NCBI GenBank assembly: GCA_024679065.1
Contig: JAGIQG010000040.1
Coordinates: 8,804,001 to 8,868,000 of the forward strand
Reading direction: 5' to 3'
DNA from: Sphyrna mokarran
Taxonomy: Eukaryota
Length of the DNA: 64,000 nt
Shown here: positions 24,585 through 37,548 of the stretch, piece after piece
How the letters are laid out: each line of letters starts with the position of its first letter
Position numbering within the stretch: the first letter of the stretch is position 1
The notes under the pieces: model-generated
The model's input: only the letters and a program-made list of their open reading frames with translations
The model's database searches: none
Told to the model about the DNA's origin: nothing
Translations under genes and position numbers: made by a program

Positions 24585-25209
24585 TGATGTAGAGGTGCCG
24601 GCGTTGGACTGGGGTAAACACAGTAAGAAGTCTGACAACACCAGGTTTAAATCCAACCGATTTATTTGATAGTAAATTTGCAAGCTTTCGACTCTATGGT
24701 CTTCATCAAGTGAATGAGGTGTTCTGGTCTGTGCTGTTATAGAACATAGAACATAGAACATTACAGCACAGAACAGGCCCTTCGGCCTTCGATGTTGTGC
24801 CGACCAATATAAAAAGCAATGCCCCTCCAAACTAAACCATTCCCTTCTCTTCCATATACTTATCAACTAACCTCTTAAACGCCACCAAACTTGGCGCATC
24901 TACAACTGCTGCAGGCAGGGCATTCCACTCCCGCACCACCCTTTGGGTAAAGAACCTGCCTCTGATATCCGTCCTATAACTATCACCCCTTAATTTAAAG
25001 CTGTGTCCCCTCGTGCTAGCTTTTTCCATCCTAGGAAAAAGGCTATCACTGTCCACCTTATCTAAACCTCTAATCATCTTATATGTTTCGATCAGGTCCC
25101 CTCTTAGCCTCCTCCTTTCTAACGAAGTGTGCTTTTGGAAGTGTTATGTGTGCTTTTGGAGACCAGAACACCTCATTCACCTGATGAAGACCATAGAGTC
25201 GAAAGCTTG
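24585..25209. mobile_element. Penelope-like element with inverted terminal repeats and a nested CR1 3' end (24739-25123, minus strand)
   Basis: 24681-24730 is the reverse complement of 25160-25209. The element is flanked by duplicated ACCCAG (24575-24580, 25211-25216). Confidence 0.85.
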
Positions 25210-25384
25210 AACCCAGATTATCCAGCTGCTGCCAATATTCAACGTGTTGGCTTTACAGTTTAGTCTCAGGGGCTCTCAGGGACGCCGGGTTTCTGCCTCT
25301 GGCTGAGTTAACATAACCTCTGATTCGATACTTATAAAAATATATATTTTTTTAATCTGGAATAATTCTCTATTGCGAACGTGG

Positions 25385-25640
25385 CAGGAAATTATGAAGA
25401 CACGTACAAACCGACTAAAAACAGCTTCTTTCCTGCTGCAATCAAACTTTTGAAGGGCCTACCTCGCGTTAAGTTCATGTTTCTCTACATCCTGATTGCA
25501 ACACTACATTCTGCAATTTGTCATTTCCTTCTCTATGTACGGTATGCTTTCTTTGTATATTGTGTAAGAAACATTAACTTTCATTGTGTACTAATATGCA
25601 TGGCAGTAATAAATCGACTGAAACCAAATCAAATCAAATC
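25385..25640 (+). mobile_element. Rex1/Babar-type LINE 3' end in the pseudo-VH leader intron
   Basis: KNSFFPAAIKLL C-terminal motif, AATAAA and (AAATC)n tail. Confidence 0.65.
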
Positions 25641-26019
25641 TTATCAAATAAATGAAAAAAACGAGGATTATTCCCGATGAATTGATTGCTGACACTGTAA
25701 CATTCCGGGGCTAGACTAATGCTGAGGCAGTAATAGTGAGATCCATTGTCATGTCTCTGCTAATTCAAGAGGTGGATTCGACATGTCAACTCTTTTCTCT
25801 CTTTACATATATTACGAAACCTGCTGAGGTTTTCCAGAATTTTATCTTTTGGTTTCAATTGCAGAACCATGTCTACTCTGTCTGCCTAACATAGACTCCA
25901 GTTCCAATCTGTTATAGAGGAAAAGAAAACAAAAGAAAAAATATTGTAAATTTATTTCATTTATTTGCCTCTCCAGAAGGGAATAGATATAAACAAGATG
26001 ACATTATCTTTTCAGGGGA

Positions 26020-28800
26020 AAGATGTCAATCTGATTTGCAGTAATTCTGTGTCTCTAACATATTGCAGCAAATATATAATTCATTAGAGGAATTATTATT
26101 CATTTATTGTATTTCGGGTGAGGATGACTATTACTATAACTGGGATTGGATATAAAGAAATGGGAAGCAATGGCTTAATACTTTTTTATCACTAGACAAT
26201 TAATTCACAAACTCAAATAATGTTCTCAGGATCCGACTTTAAATCCCATGCAGCAGACAGTGGAATTAAAATCCAGTAGAAGCATCTGGAATTAAGGATG
26301 TACTTATGACAATGATATCGTTGCCGATTGAGTAAAAACTTTTCTGGTTCACGGATCTCTTTTAGGGAAGGGGAACTGTGGTCCTTGCTTGGTCTGGCAT
26401 ACATGTGATCCCAGAGCCATAGCGATGCGGTTCTCTTTCAACTGCCTCGGACAAGGAGTGGACAATTAGTGATGGTCATCCAGCCGCACCCATCTCCATA
26501 GAATCTTTACAGAACAGAAGAAGGATTTTTGGCCCATGTGGCCAACCACTATTCCCACCTACGCCTTATACCCATCACCCCACACATGTTCCTTGACACC
26601 ATGGGAAAATTTATCGTCGCCCATCAGCCTATCCTTGGCCCATATGAGTAAATGGATAGACAACTGGAGTATGTATAGACTGCATAGAGACAATGACTCC
26701 ACACAGACCCAAACCGGAAATTGAAGCCGGCTCCCTGGCGCAGTGAGACAGAAGTGCAAACAACTATACAACCGTGACACCCACGAATCAATTCAGAAAA
26801 AGAAAATCCTCATGTATTCCAATGTTACACCTTATATTTCTCAAACTGCTCCCTAAGCCTGTGAAAATTGAAGGCGAAAGAAACCTGGTTGGCTTATAAT
26901 TAATTGAGTTGACAGAAAAACATAAAATTGAAATCGACTTTTGACAGAGAACTCAATGGATCAGAATGGGCACATCAGGATTTTCTGGCGTATTGCACAA
27001 TATCAGGAGAATAAATCTTCCACGGAACCAGGTTGTGAAAGATTCATTTCTTCATAGATTGGCAGCTCCGAGAGGTACTATTAAATAATCGAAATCATAT
27101 TATGCTGCACAACAGAACATGGTGCTAATCAGATGTAAGAACCTTTTTAATGAGGGGCAGAACAGTGAGAATATTCCAGGAATCGGCATTGTTCAAGGCA
27201 GATATACGACTTGCTTTTGCTTTTAATTATTTTCAAATGTGGGCCATTGCACTGACCTCACTGGACTGAGGGTTTGGGGACATCAACATCTCTTTTATGC
27301 ATTGCATGAAGTTGCTCACCAAGTGGCTTTAATTGTTGGAAAGACATTTACCTGGAAGTTATACAAGTGAAACAGCACAATATCAATTTACTAGTTGTCG
27401 ATACTATTTATTCATACAATCAATAGCGCAGTCTTTTAAAATATTGCTTGGAATAAATACCATGTAAAACATGACTTTATTGTGGGAATTAAACATTTAT
27501 TGTGTTACTGTTAAGTCCCATTTTATCTTTACATGTTCACGTTAAGCTGTCCCAGGCAGTATTTGGCACCAGTCCAACCTGCTGCCAAATACCGAAAATA
27601 TTTACAGGAATCATCTGAAGGTGTTTATTCAGAAACTCAAAGATCTGTTTCCTCAGTACTGAACAGTTGGCTGCAAGCCAGCTTCAAACTCATAGCATTA
27701 TCAATGGGCCTATTTATAAACAAATCTGCCTAGCAACAGTACTGGAGGCAATTTTAAATTTGTAAACTGGTATGAATATTTCCCATTTGTTAGGAAAAGA
27801 AAGTCATTCAGTTCTCTGGAACTTTGCTGGCAACAACACACTCTATCCAACTCAACAAAACACTGTGATTGAAGGATATAAATAAATACAGGCAGACTGT
27901 GACAGTTAAACCAGAGATGCGGTATTTTTACACTACATATATATGCTTATCTTTTATTTCACTTCTTCCATGGGACATGGGAGTCTCTGAAAAAATCAAC
28001 ATTTGTTTACTGTGCCTCATTTCTTTTCAACTGAGTGGTGTACTAAAGTATTCCAGAAGGCATTGCCTAGTTACCCATGTTACTGTCCGTCTGCAGTCAC
28101 ATCATGGTGAGAACAAATAGGGATGGCAGATTCTTTAACTGCGGAATCAGAGAGGTTTATCAGGTCTCTGTCAGAATGATTTATTGATTGAATTCAAATT
28201 CCATCAGCTGCCATGGTCGGATTCAATCTGGTGTTCCCACATCATTGGCCTGGGTTTCTGGATTACTGGCATTTGCGTAGGCACCATCTTCACAATTTTT
28301 TTAAACTGCTTGGGTTGAGACAGAGATGAAAGATAGTTGGGTGCCTAAATGCTTTGATTGAGGAATTAGTGAATGGATTTACTGATCTGACGATAGCTGG
28401 TCCTGAAGTTTACTGTTCTACATTCGCATACGTTTGTTTTACCACATCAAAAATCGAACAGATCCCTTATTACAATTGTGTCAGCCTATAACCTTTAGTC
28501 CTTCCAGATTTTCTCGGTAAATTCTATTCCCGGCATGCCGGGAACAAATGAATTGAAGCTTTTTCCTCCATGTTGATAGCAGATCGTGAAACCCAAGATG
28601 GAATGCGGAAACATGAGCAGATTGCTGAGCGCGGATTGTTATAGTTGTAACATGTGGCCTTTCTAGTGCAACAAATCATTCAACAGATCATCACCCAAAT
28701 TAATGAAGATAACAGGCTAAAAAATAAATCATGTGGCAACTAAAATATTGTGAAATTCATTGGAAAGTCTCACGTTTTAAATGAGTTTCCAGAACTGTTT
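26020..28800. repeat. Pseudo-VH 5' flank, copy 2 of the duplication (with extra SINE insertions about 26170-26800)
   Basis: Direct-orientation homology to 18290-20520. Confidence 0.85.
26500..26780 (-). mobile_element. V-SINE (HE1-type)
   Basis: Reverse-complement tRNA head and decayed V-domain. Confidence 0.65.
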
Positions 28801-28828
28801 AACAATGAACCCTTATTTTAAGCTTTTA

Positions 28829-30038
28829 TAACCAGAGAGGTGGATGGGGGTAAGGCGGTTGATGTAGTATATATGGACTTTAGTAAGGCGTTTGATAAGG
28901 TGGCCCATGGAAGACTTCTACAGAAAATGCAGATGTGTGGAATAGAGGGTGATTTAGCTAATTGGATTAGGAATTGGCTGGCAGATAGAAGACAGAGGGT
29001 GGTGGTTGATGGGAGATATTCATCGTGGAGTTCGGTGACGAGTGGTGTGCCTCAGGGGTCTGTTTTGGGGCCCCTGCTGTTTGTAATTTTTATAAATGAT
29101 CTGGATGAGGTATTGAGGGATGGATCAGTAAATTTGCAGATGATACTAAAGTTGGTGGTGTGGTAGATAGTGAAGAGGGGTGTTTTAGTTTACAGAGTGA
29201 CTTGGACAAGTTGCAGAGCTGGGCCGAGAGGTGGCAAATGGAGTTTAATGTGGAAAAGTGTGAGGTAATGCACTTTGGCAGGAACAATAAATGTGTAGAG
29301 TATAGGGCTAATGGTAGGGCTCTTAATAGTGTTGAGGAACAGAAGGATCTTGGTGTATGTGTCAATAGATCCCTGAAAGTAGGCAGTCAAGTGGATAAAG
29401 TTGTTAAGAAGGCATATGGAGTCTTAGCTTTTATTGGTAGGGGGATTGAATTTAGGAGCCGCAGCATCATGTTGCAGCTGTACAAAACTCTAGTGCGGCC
29501 GCACTTGGAGTATTGTGTGCAGTTCTGGTCGCCACATTATAAGAAAGATGTGGAGGCATTGGAGAGGGTACAGAGGAGGTTTACCAGGATGTTGCCTGGT
29601 ATGGAGGGCAGGTCCTATGAAGAGAGGTTGAAGGATTTGAGGTTGTTTTCGTTAGAAAGGAGGCGGCTAAGAGGGGATCTTATTGAATATAAGATGATTA
29701 GAGGTTTAGATAGGGTGGACAGTGATAGCCTTTTTCCTAGGATGGAGAAAGCTAGCACGAGGGGACACAGCTTTAAATTAAGGGGTATGAGTTATAGGAC
29801 GGATATCAGAGGTAGGTTCTTTACTCAAAGAGTGATTAGGGAGTGGAATGCCCTGCCTGCAGCTGTTGTAGATGCGCCAAGTTTGGTGGCGTTTAAGAGG
29901 TTAGTTGATAAGTATATGGAAGAGAAGGGAATGATTTAGTTAGGAGGGGCATTGCTTTTTATTTTGGTCGGCACAACATCGAAGGCCGAAGGGCCTGTTC
30001 TGTGCTGTATTGTTCTATGTTCTATGTTCTATGTTCTA
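28829..30038 (+). mobile_element. Young CR1 LINE, 5'-truncated
   Basis: RT C-terminal half with one frameshift and (GTTCTAT)n tail. It is near-identical to the copies at 47190, 59865 and 62163. Confidence 0.97.
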
Positions 30039-31842
30039 TAACTTTACATTAGATACAGATACTTTCAGTTATGCAGCCATTTTAAAACTGATCACACAAT
30101 CCAGTTGTATATCAGGAATTTCTGTGTGATGATGGGATGAGTACCTGTCAATAAAGCGTAAATGCTGCTCGGTAGCTGCTCTTGATCCTCGATCTGAATT
30201 AATTCCATTTCCCGCTGAAGTGTAGGGCAGATTTGATTCTTTCGTGACAGAAAGACCAATGTGATCTTAATTTATGCGAATCTCAATAAATTATATTAAA
30301 TAAACTGCAGTTGTATTTGCATACAATAAAATATTGGCAACAATGGCTGAAATGTTGATTTAGATTTGTGAATTAAGATTATTGGTGATATTGGCGCCAG
30401 GCAGTGACCATTTGCAAAAAGAGAGAATCTGACCATTGCCCCTTGTCACTCAATGACATTACCATATTGAATCAACCACTATAAATGTCATCGGGGCTAC
30501 CATTGGCTAATTGCTGTATTAACTAGGTATGTACATGCTCCGGCTGGAATATCAGGTCAGCCTGCTGTGAATAACCCACCTCCTGACTCCCCAAACCTGT
30601 GCACCACCTACACGTCAGGAGAATAAAAGAGTTCTCTCCACTTGCTTGAGTAAGTGCAGTTCAAACAACATTCAAACATCTTTGTACTATTCAGGACAAC
30701 GCAGCCGACTTGACAGGTGTAACATTTGCAAATGCTCAATCTGTCCACCACAGAGAGCAGCATTATGTACCATCTACCATTTTCACTTCCGAAACTCACC
30801 AAGACTCCTTAGGCAGCACCTTCCAACTACACAACCACCTGAAAGACAAGGGTAACAGTTATCAAGGAATATTACCTATAAATTCCCATCCAAGTCAGTC
30901 ATATATCTGAATGGAAATGTATCACCCTTCCTTCACTGTCGCTGGATCGAAATCCTAGAACTCCCTCTGCAACAGCACTGTATGTGTATCTAAACACAGG
31001 GTCTGCAGCCTTCAAGAAGGCTGCACACCACCAGCTTGCTAAAGGCAATTAGGGATAAGCAACAAATGTTGAATTCACCAGCAACGCCCATATCCCTTAA
31101 AATAAAATTTAAACGCATTAATGTTTATGATGGATGATAACCTGTGAACAAAATTGTGCATCTTTGTGAATGGATGGCAACTGGTGAAAATACATATCAA
31201 CATTCTGATTACTTATAACCTATTCTTTCTCTGTCAGAAGATAGGTTCCGTTCCATATGAGATTCATGATTCAGAAACATCATACTATCCAAAGACTTGG
31301 CCGACACAAGAGAAAGCAACATCTGTAGGTATATCTCAATCATAGCATTACGGGAAAGGTCTTCGGTGGTATGACAATTTTGTTACTTATCTGCTTGAAG
31401 ACCGGGATTAACCTGAAGCACAGTGTTGTGTTTGTTTTCAAAGGTGTACGTATCATAACCATACATTCGTGAATTTCAATAAGACATTCGACACTAGCAT
31501 CGGAGCAGAGACTACAAGATTTGGGGGAACTAAGCTCTCCATCAAAAAAAAACTTTGGTATCATTGCTGATATAGAAAAGGACAATTTACGACACAACTG
31601 TTGGCTTCATGTTGAATCAATCTCTAAAAAATTGTCCTCCACAGTCATCAACAAAATGTGTCATATGAAAGAGAAACCAAACTGAAATGAACGTGTTTAC
31701 TGTAATTCTAACTTCTATTGTAAATGGAAGGATGCCTGTTATCATTGTGACATTGATTTGTAAACTATATTACATTTATCAGACAACACACCCAAGCGCA
31801 CACACATATATTCTCGCTTGTTCTCATTCCTTCTCTCTCCCT

Positions 31843-31844
<2 letters not shown>

Positions 31845-31908
<64 letters not shown>
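31845..31908. repeat. (CA)n microsatellite
   Basis: Perfect CA run. Confidence 0.99.
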
Positions 31909-31909
<1 letters not shown>

Positions 31910-32589
31910 TGTCGTGAAATTGTTTTGTAGACAATATGACATATTTCAGACAACACACACACACACTTCCTGGAGGCTTCAGTGACAATGACCCCCATTA
32001 TCTTTTACATGGAATGATGCACTTATAAGCTTTCCCCAACGCCATGTTTACTCAGCTGGACGTCAATGGTCCGGTGCTCTCTGCACCCTGGCCAACAGCC
32101 CTCTTTTTAAACCGAAATGAACTGCTGCCTGATAGCACGAGGGACCTGACTTCACTTCCCAGCTATGATGACTGTCTGTGTGTCATCTGCATGTTTTCCC
32201 TGTTTCTGGATAGGTTTCATCCCGGTCCTCCGGTTTCCTCCCACAACCCAAAGGATGTGCTGTTTAGGTGTATTTTGGCCATGCTAAATTTTCCTCTAGA
32301 TTCTATCCGAACACGCAACTAGGGATTTTTCACATGAACTTAACTGTAGTCTTAATGTAAGCCTTAATGTAAGTCTTAATGTAATGTGACACTAATAAAT
32401 AAGTTTTAAAACTTTAATCTGCCTGTGTCTCAATTCGTACTGCATCAGAACGTATATCTGTGTATACTAAACTGAAATAACATTCTTGCACTACAAATGA
32501 TTCAGTCACATTATTTGCTTGAATAGTTCATGAGATTAAATGAAATCGACCTTGTTTTGATTAGAAGTTGCCTATGAGGAAATGTTGAG

Positions 32590-33010
32590 GTTTCTGGGAC
32601 TGTACTCGTTGGCGTTTAGAAGGATGGCAGAGAGGAGATCTTATCGAAACTTACAGGATCCTGCCAGGCCCTGGATAGAGTGGACGTGGAGAGGATGTTT
32701 CCACTAATAGGAAAATCTAGAACCAGAGGGCACGACCTCAGGCTAAAGGAGTGATCCTTCAAAACAGAGATGAGGAAGGATTTCGTTAGCCAGAGAGTGG
32801 GGAATGTGTGGAACTGTCTGCCGCAGAAGGCTGTGGAGGGCCAGGTCATTGAGTGTCTTTAAGGCAGAGATAGATAGGTTCCTGATTAATAAGGGGATCA
32901 GGGGAAAGGTAGGAGAATGGGGATGAGAAAAATATCAGCCATAATTAAATGGCGGGGTAGACTTTAAGGGCCGAATGGCCTCATTCTGCTCCTGTGTCTC
33001 AAGGTCTTAT
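32590..33010 (+). mobile_element. CR1 3' fragment
   Basis: GLYSLAFRR..GDLIETY..RVDVERMFP..RTRGH remnants and GGGCCGAATGGCCT tail. Confidence 0.85.
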
Positions 33011-33324
33011 GGGTCAGGTCTTAACGCTGCATAAATCCATGTATGTGTCTCGTTAATCCTGACTCTGCCTAAATTTCATGCGACCAGGTGAAAACTTTTA
33101 TCGATGTTCATAATCATGAAGTTGTGATTGGGTTAATTAAAGAGAGAATCTTTCAACTTTGAGGACGGTCAGCACCCAATGGGCACAAAATTACTTTATT
33201 GAGCAGGAAGACAGAAAGATAGTTGCTTGCTTTTACAGAAGCGTTGTTATGAGCTTGAAAAGGTGATCAAATTAGATTTCACAGAAATTTTGGAAAATCA
33301 ATTAAATATATCCTTCATAATGAG

Positions 33325-33461
33325 CCTTCCTCATTCGCCTGACGAAGGCTACAAATGCCGAAAGCTCGCATATTTACCATCAAATAAATCGGTTGGATTT
33401 AAAATTGGTGTTGCCAGACTTTACTGAGTTTACCCATCCAATGCCGGCATCTCTATATCAT
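33325..33461 (+). mobile_element. Penelope-like terminal repeat with hammerhead core
   Basis: CTGACGA-A-GGC-TACAAAT-GCC-GAAA at 33339-33363, ends ATGCCGGCATCTCTATATCA. Confidence 0.8.
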
Positions 33462-35330
33462 GTCTGGCAGAAGGCAGAAATTGGGGATGAAGTAATCTGT
33501 TTTCAGGATGGCAGCCAGTGACTAGTGGTGTGCCTCAGGGCTCAGAGCTGGGAATGCAACTTTTCACAATATACATTAAAGAATTTGAAGAACGAAATGA
33601 AGGCACTGTTGCTAAGTTTGCACATCATACAGAGTGACAGCGAGTATTGAGGAACTCGGGCAGGGGAGGGGTGGGGTTTGGAGGGCTGCAAAAGGACTTG
33701 GACCGGTCAGAAAGTGGGCAAAGAGGTGGCAGATGGAATACAATGAGGAAAAGTGTGAGATTATGCACTTTGGAAGGACGAATTGAGGCGTAGACTTTTC
33801 TAAATGGGGAAATACTTACAAAACGAGATGCACAAAGGAATTTGGGAGTCCTTGTTCAAGATTCTCTAAAGTTTAACCTGAAGGTTCAATCGGCAGTTAG
33901 AAAGGCAAATGGAATGCTGGTATTTGTGTCGAGAGGGCCCATACCAGGCTTGGGCCCACACTAGGCTCGAGCCCACACCAGGCTCGGGTCCACACCAGGC
34001 TCGAGCCTATACCAGGCTCAAGCCCATACCAGGCTCGGGTGCATACCAGATTCAGACCCATTCAGGTTCAGACAGAGACCAGTTCAGATTCACACAAGTT
34101 ACAAATTCAGACGATGTTCAGAGTTACACAAAGTCCAGACGCAGACCATGTGTCGACTCATTTCAACTTCACAATCATAGAATTATTGAAATATGGTAAA
34201 AGTGGGAGTAGGACATTCACATTTTCGATCTTGCTCTGTCATTCGGTTTGATCATAGCTCATCATCAACTTCAATATCCTGACCATCCCTTCCTCCCATA
34301 TCTCTGATCAATTTAACCCCAGGAGTTATACATCATTTCTTCCTGAAAATACTAAAGGTTTTGGCCTCGAATACTTTCTGTGGTTGTGCAGCCCAAAGGT
34401 GATTTGATGGAAAAAATTCTCCTCATCTCTGTTCGAAAAGGTTGATGCTTATCCTCAAATCGTAAACGTTAGTCCTCAACTTCCTGAGAGTCGGGGACAA
34501 TCTTTCTGAATCGCCCCTGTCTAAACCTGTTCCAGTATTATATGTTTCAGCCTGTTAAGATCCAATGAATAAAGCCGTAACTGACTTTGTCTCTCTTCAT
34601 ATCACAGATTGTTATCCCAGGAATCGGCCAGTTGCTGTACTCTCCCTGAGAAAGAACATCCTTCCTCAGATAAGGACACCAAAACTATACACAGTACTCA
34701 AAATGTGGCCTCAGCAATGCCCTGTATAACTGCAGTGACACATCTCTATATCTGTACTGAAATCTTCTCCCTCTAAAGGTCATCATACCACTGGCCTTCC
34801 TTTCTGCCTGTTGTACATGCGCGCTTACTTTCAGTTACTGATGCATACAGACATCAAGGTCTTGCTGAGTAGCTACTTCTCTCAATTTACACTCATTCAA
34901 ATAATAATCTGTCTTCCTATTATTGCTGCAAAGAGATAACCTCACACTTACTCACATTTTACTGCAACTGCTTTGCACATGCCCACAGATTGAACCTGTT
35001 CAGAACACACTGAAGCATGAATGCAGATTTCTCATAGCTCAATCGCATTTACCTTTTATCATCTGCAAATTTCGTAATAATGCATTTAGTTCCATTTTCA
35101 GATTCAATTAATATATACTGTCAACAGTTGTGTCTGTGCACAGATTCCTGTAGTATCCCACTCGACACTGAATGCCAACTCTTTGCTTTCTATCTGTTAA
35201 CTAGCTTTCTATCCATATCAAAACATTGCTTGCAATCCCATCTGCTTTCACTCTACATGGTAGTCTGTTATGTGAGCCCTTGTCGAAATCCTTCCAAAAG
35301 ACTCAATAAAACTATTGGCTCACATCACTT
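33460..35330. mobile_element. Degraded CR1 fragments (+ 33460-33930; - about 34200-35330)
   Basis: [21 protein letters not shown] remnants on +, reverse-complement RT/3' remnants on -. Confidence 0.75.
33935..34085. repeat. 18-bp minisatellite (GGCTCGAGCCCACACCAG-like), about 7 copies, decaying rightward
   Basis: Tandem units read directly. Confidence 0.9.
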
Positions 35331-35849
35331 CCTGAACTGTAATGTCTCGGAGATTCCTGCCTGCACTGGACCTGGTCGTAAAGGACACAAGACACAGCAA
35401 CTCCACTCCATCCACTTCCTTAAACTACCATACATTACCCCAACTCTCGGTGCTTCACTCTTTGGAGCTTGGAGCTCCCTGTGGAGCTCCCTGAGTAGGC
35501 AGATCACACAGGCCTCAGTTCGGTAGTTTACATTTGGGCATGCCCAACTCATGGACCAATTTGAAATCACTGCACCCCTCCATTTCTAGATCTGAGTAAC
35601 TGCTGAGGACTGACAGCCTTGGAAGCCTTTTTTTGAGCCTCAATGCTGGTCCAGCTCTCTTGCTCCGTTTCTGTATTAATAATCCAACAAAATAAAACCC
35701 ACCAGTCCACACCCTGAGTGTACACAACCTGAGATCTGGTAACCAAGATCCACAAGTTATATACATCTGCAGGGTTGCAGGATTGGACAACATTAACTGC
35801 CTTAATCAGGGAGCTCATATTCCAATAATTCGACCTGATGTTCAACGGT

Positions 35850-36570
35850 AAATTCATTAAATATGTCTCTCTGCCACTCCCTGTGTTTCTCTCTCTTTCT
35901 CTCTCTCACTGTCACTCTTTCCCTGTTTCTCACTGTGCCTCTGTCTCTCTCAATATTTCTCTCTATCTCTTTCTGTCTCTCCATCTCTCCTCCACTCTCC
36001 CTCTCTCTACCATCTTCCTCTGTCTCTTCTTCTCCTTCTCAGTCTCATTCTCCATCTACCACTCTCTGTCCCCCTATTCGTCTGTCTGTTCCCCCCCCCC
36101 CGCCTCTCTCTCTCACACACACACTCGCTCTTGTTGCTCTTGTCGGTTCCACTATACTCATTGAGTCTCACTGTTTGCCATTTGTTCCTGCTCGCTGTTT
36201 CTATATCTGCTTCTCTCTGTCTGGCTATTTCCCTCTGTCTCACTTTTTGTCTCCCGTTTTCCATTCATCTGCCTTTCGCTCTCTTATTACAATCTCTGGT
36301 CTGTCTTCTTCTGTCTCCCTTTCTCATTTCCTGCATATAATCCTCATCATTTTCTCCATTGTCCACCCCTGTCTCTCTCACTCTGTGAGAATCTACCTCT
36401 ATTCTTTTTCTCTCTGTCCATTTCTTTCCCTGTATCTGTTAGAAACTCTTTCAAACTCAGCTGTTCTTCATGTCTTTGTGTCTTTCCCTTTCTCTGACAA
36501 TCCCTCTCTATCACTCTCACTGTTGCTAACACTGTCCTCTCTCTCTCTCTATCTATAACTATATCTATTT
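35850..36570. repeat. C/T-rich low-complexity tract
   Basis: Degenerate (CT)n, source of the spurious Ser/Leu ORFs. Confidence 0.9.
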
Positions 36571-36646
36571 CTGTGAGGGTGTTTTGTTGTTTACAGTATG
36601 AACGCCCAACAGAAAGAATCAGGGGAGTTGTGGTTGTAGTTTCCTG

Positions 36647-37548
36647 TCAAGGCGTATTGAGTTGAAGAATTCCAATAAAGGGGTATTTCAGTAGATCTTT
36701 TAGCTGTTGTCTGAAGTGAGTCTGTGTCACAGCATAAATGGCAGTATTTGTGCAGCAGCTTGTGAGTTGAAACATGAAGCCCAATTCCATAACAAAAAGA
36801 TGTAACCTTACTGACTGATAGCCCAAGTTATACATCCGAATCCATATTAAATAAACCATTAATGTCGACCATAAGAGGATGAAATTGGCTGAGATAACAA
36901 ATAACAAAATGATGGATTTCCTTCGACTCTCCATCTCTGGGTCTCTAGAATTCTCCCCACTGTTCTGAGCCCGGAGTCTCCTGCGGGCTCTGCTGCTCAC
37001 TAAAATGTGTCGGACGGTGAGAACATTCAGCAGCAGAATCAGGATGAATGGGATACACGGAGTTAGAATGTTGTGGAGGAACTCGATTGTTCCCCAGACC
37101 GCATATTCTGCAGCTTCCAATGTGAAACCACAAAACCAGGGGTTGTTCGCCAGTTGATATCTGTTTAATAACATAAAATACCAGGAAACGTTTTTTAAAA
37201 AGCTCAGCACTGTCACTGTTCCCCAAATCACTGCCGCCAATTTCTTACTGCAATATTTACATTTCAGCTTGGGGCAGCAAATGGCCACAAATCGATCAAA
37301 GGTGAAAGTGACGGTGAACCAGACAGAACAGTCAGTGGCTGCATAAACCAGGACGGCTTGGATGTTACACACGGGGACTGACAGCAGGAAATAAAACTTT
37401 CTCCAATAAACGGTGGGAATATGTCTCAATATCAGGTCGAGGATAACAACCAACAGATCCCCTGCTGACATGGCCACCAGGTAATGAGTGACACATTTGG
37501 ACAGACCACAGTTTCTGCTCATCAATGTCAGAATTGTGATTATGTTCA
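36647..37548 (-). CDS. Exon 2 of class A orphan GPCR, GPR139/GPR142-like shark-expanded family (end of TM1 to C-terminus, open frame)
   Basis: Acceptor cttcctgacAG, then (V)NIITILTL..CGLSKCVTHYLVAMSAGDLLV, FTFDRFVAIC, DPEMESRRKSIILL and TM7 SCCTNTAIY. Confidence 0.92.

Larger units (their letters stand above)
24445..25750 (-). pseudogene. VH pseudogene interrupted by Penelope, CR1 and Rex1-type insertions
   Basis: 25331-25211 reads IESEVMLTQPEAETRRP*EPLRLNCKANTLNIGSSWIIW. 24580-24445 reads WVPQLPGHCL*YLLQYNSLGST*..PEIQNQFTPPKDT*NI. 25660-25750 matches the leader intron of the functional VH (17730-17830). Confidence 0.9.

Noticed and set aside
31230-31560. Possible Ig/TCR relic (GKGLRW, CACAGTG, FGGTKLSIK)
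   Set aside because: The motifs are not in a coherent order or frame, there is no nonamer or splice donor, and FGxG is incomplete. Chance is likely.
35838-36558. 231-aa Ser/Leu-rich ORF
   Set aside because: Artefact of the CT-rich tract.
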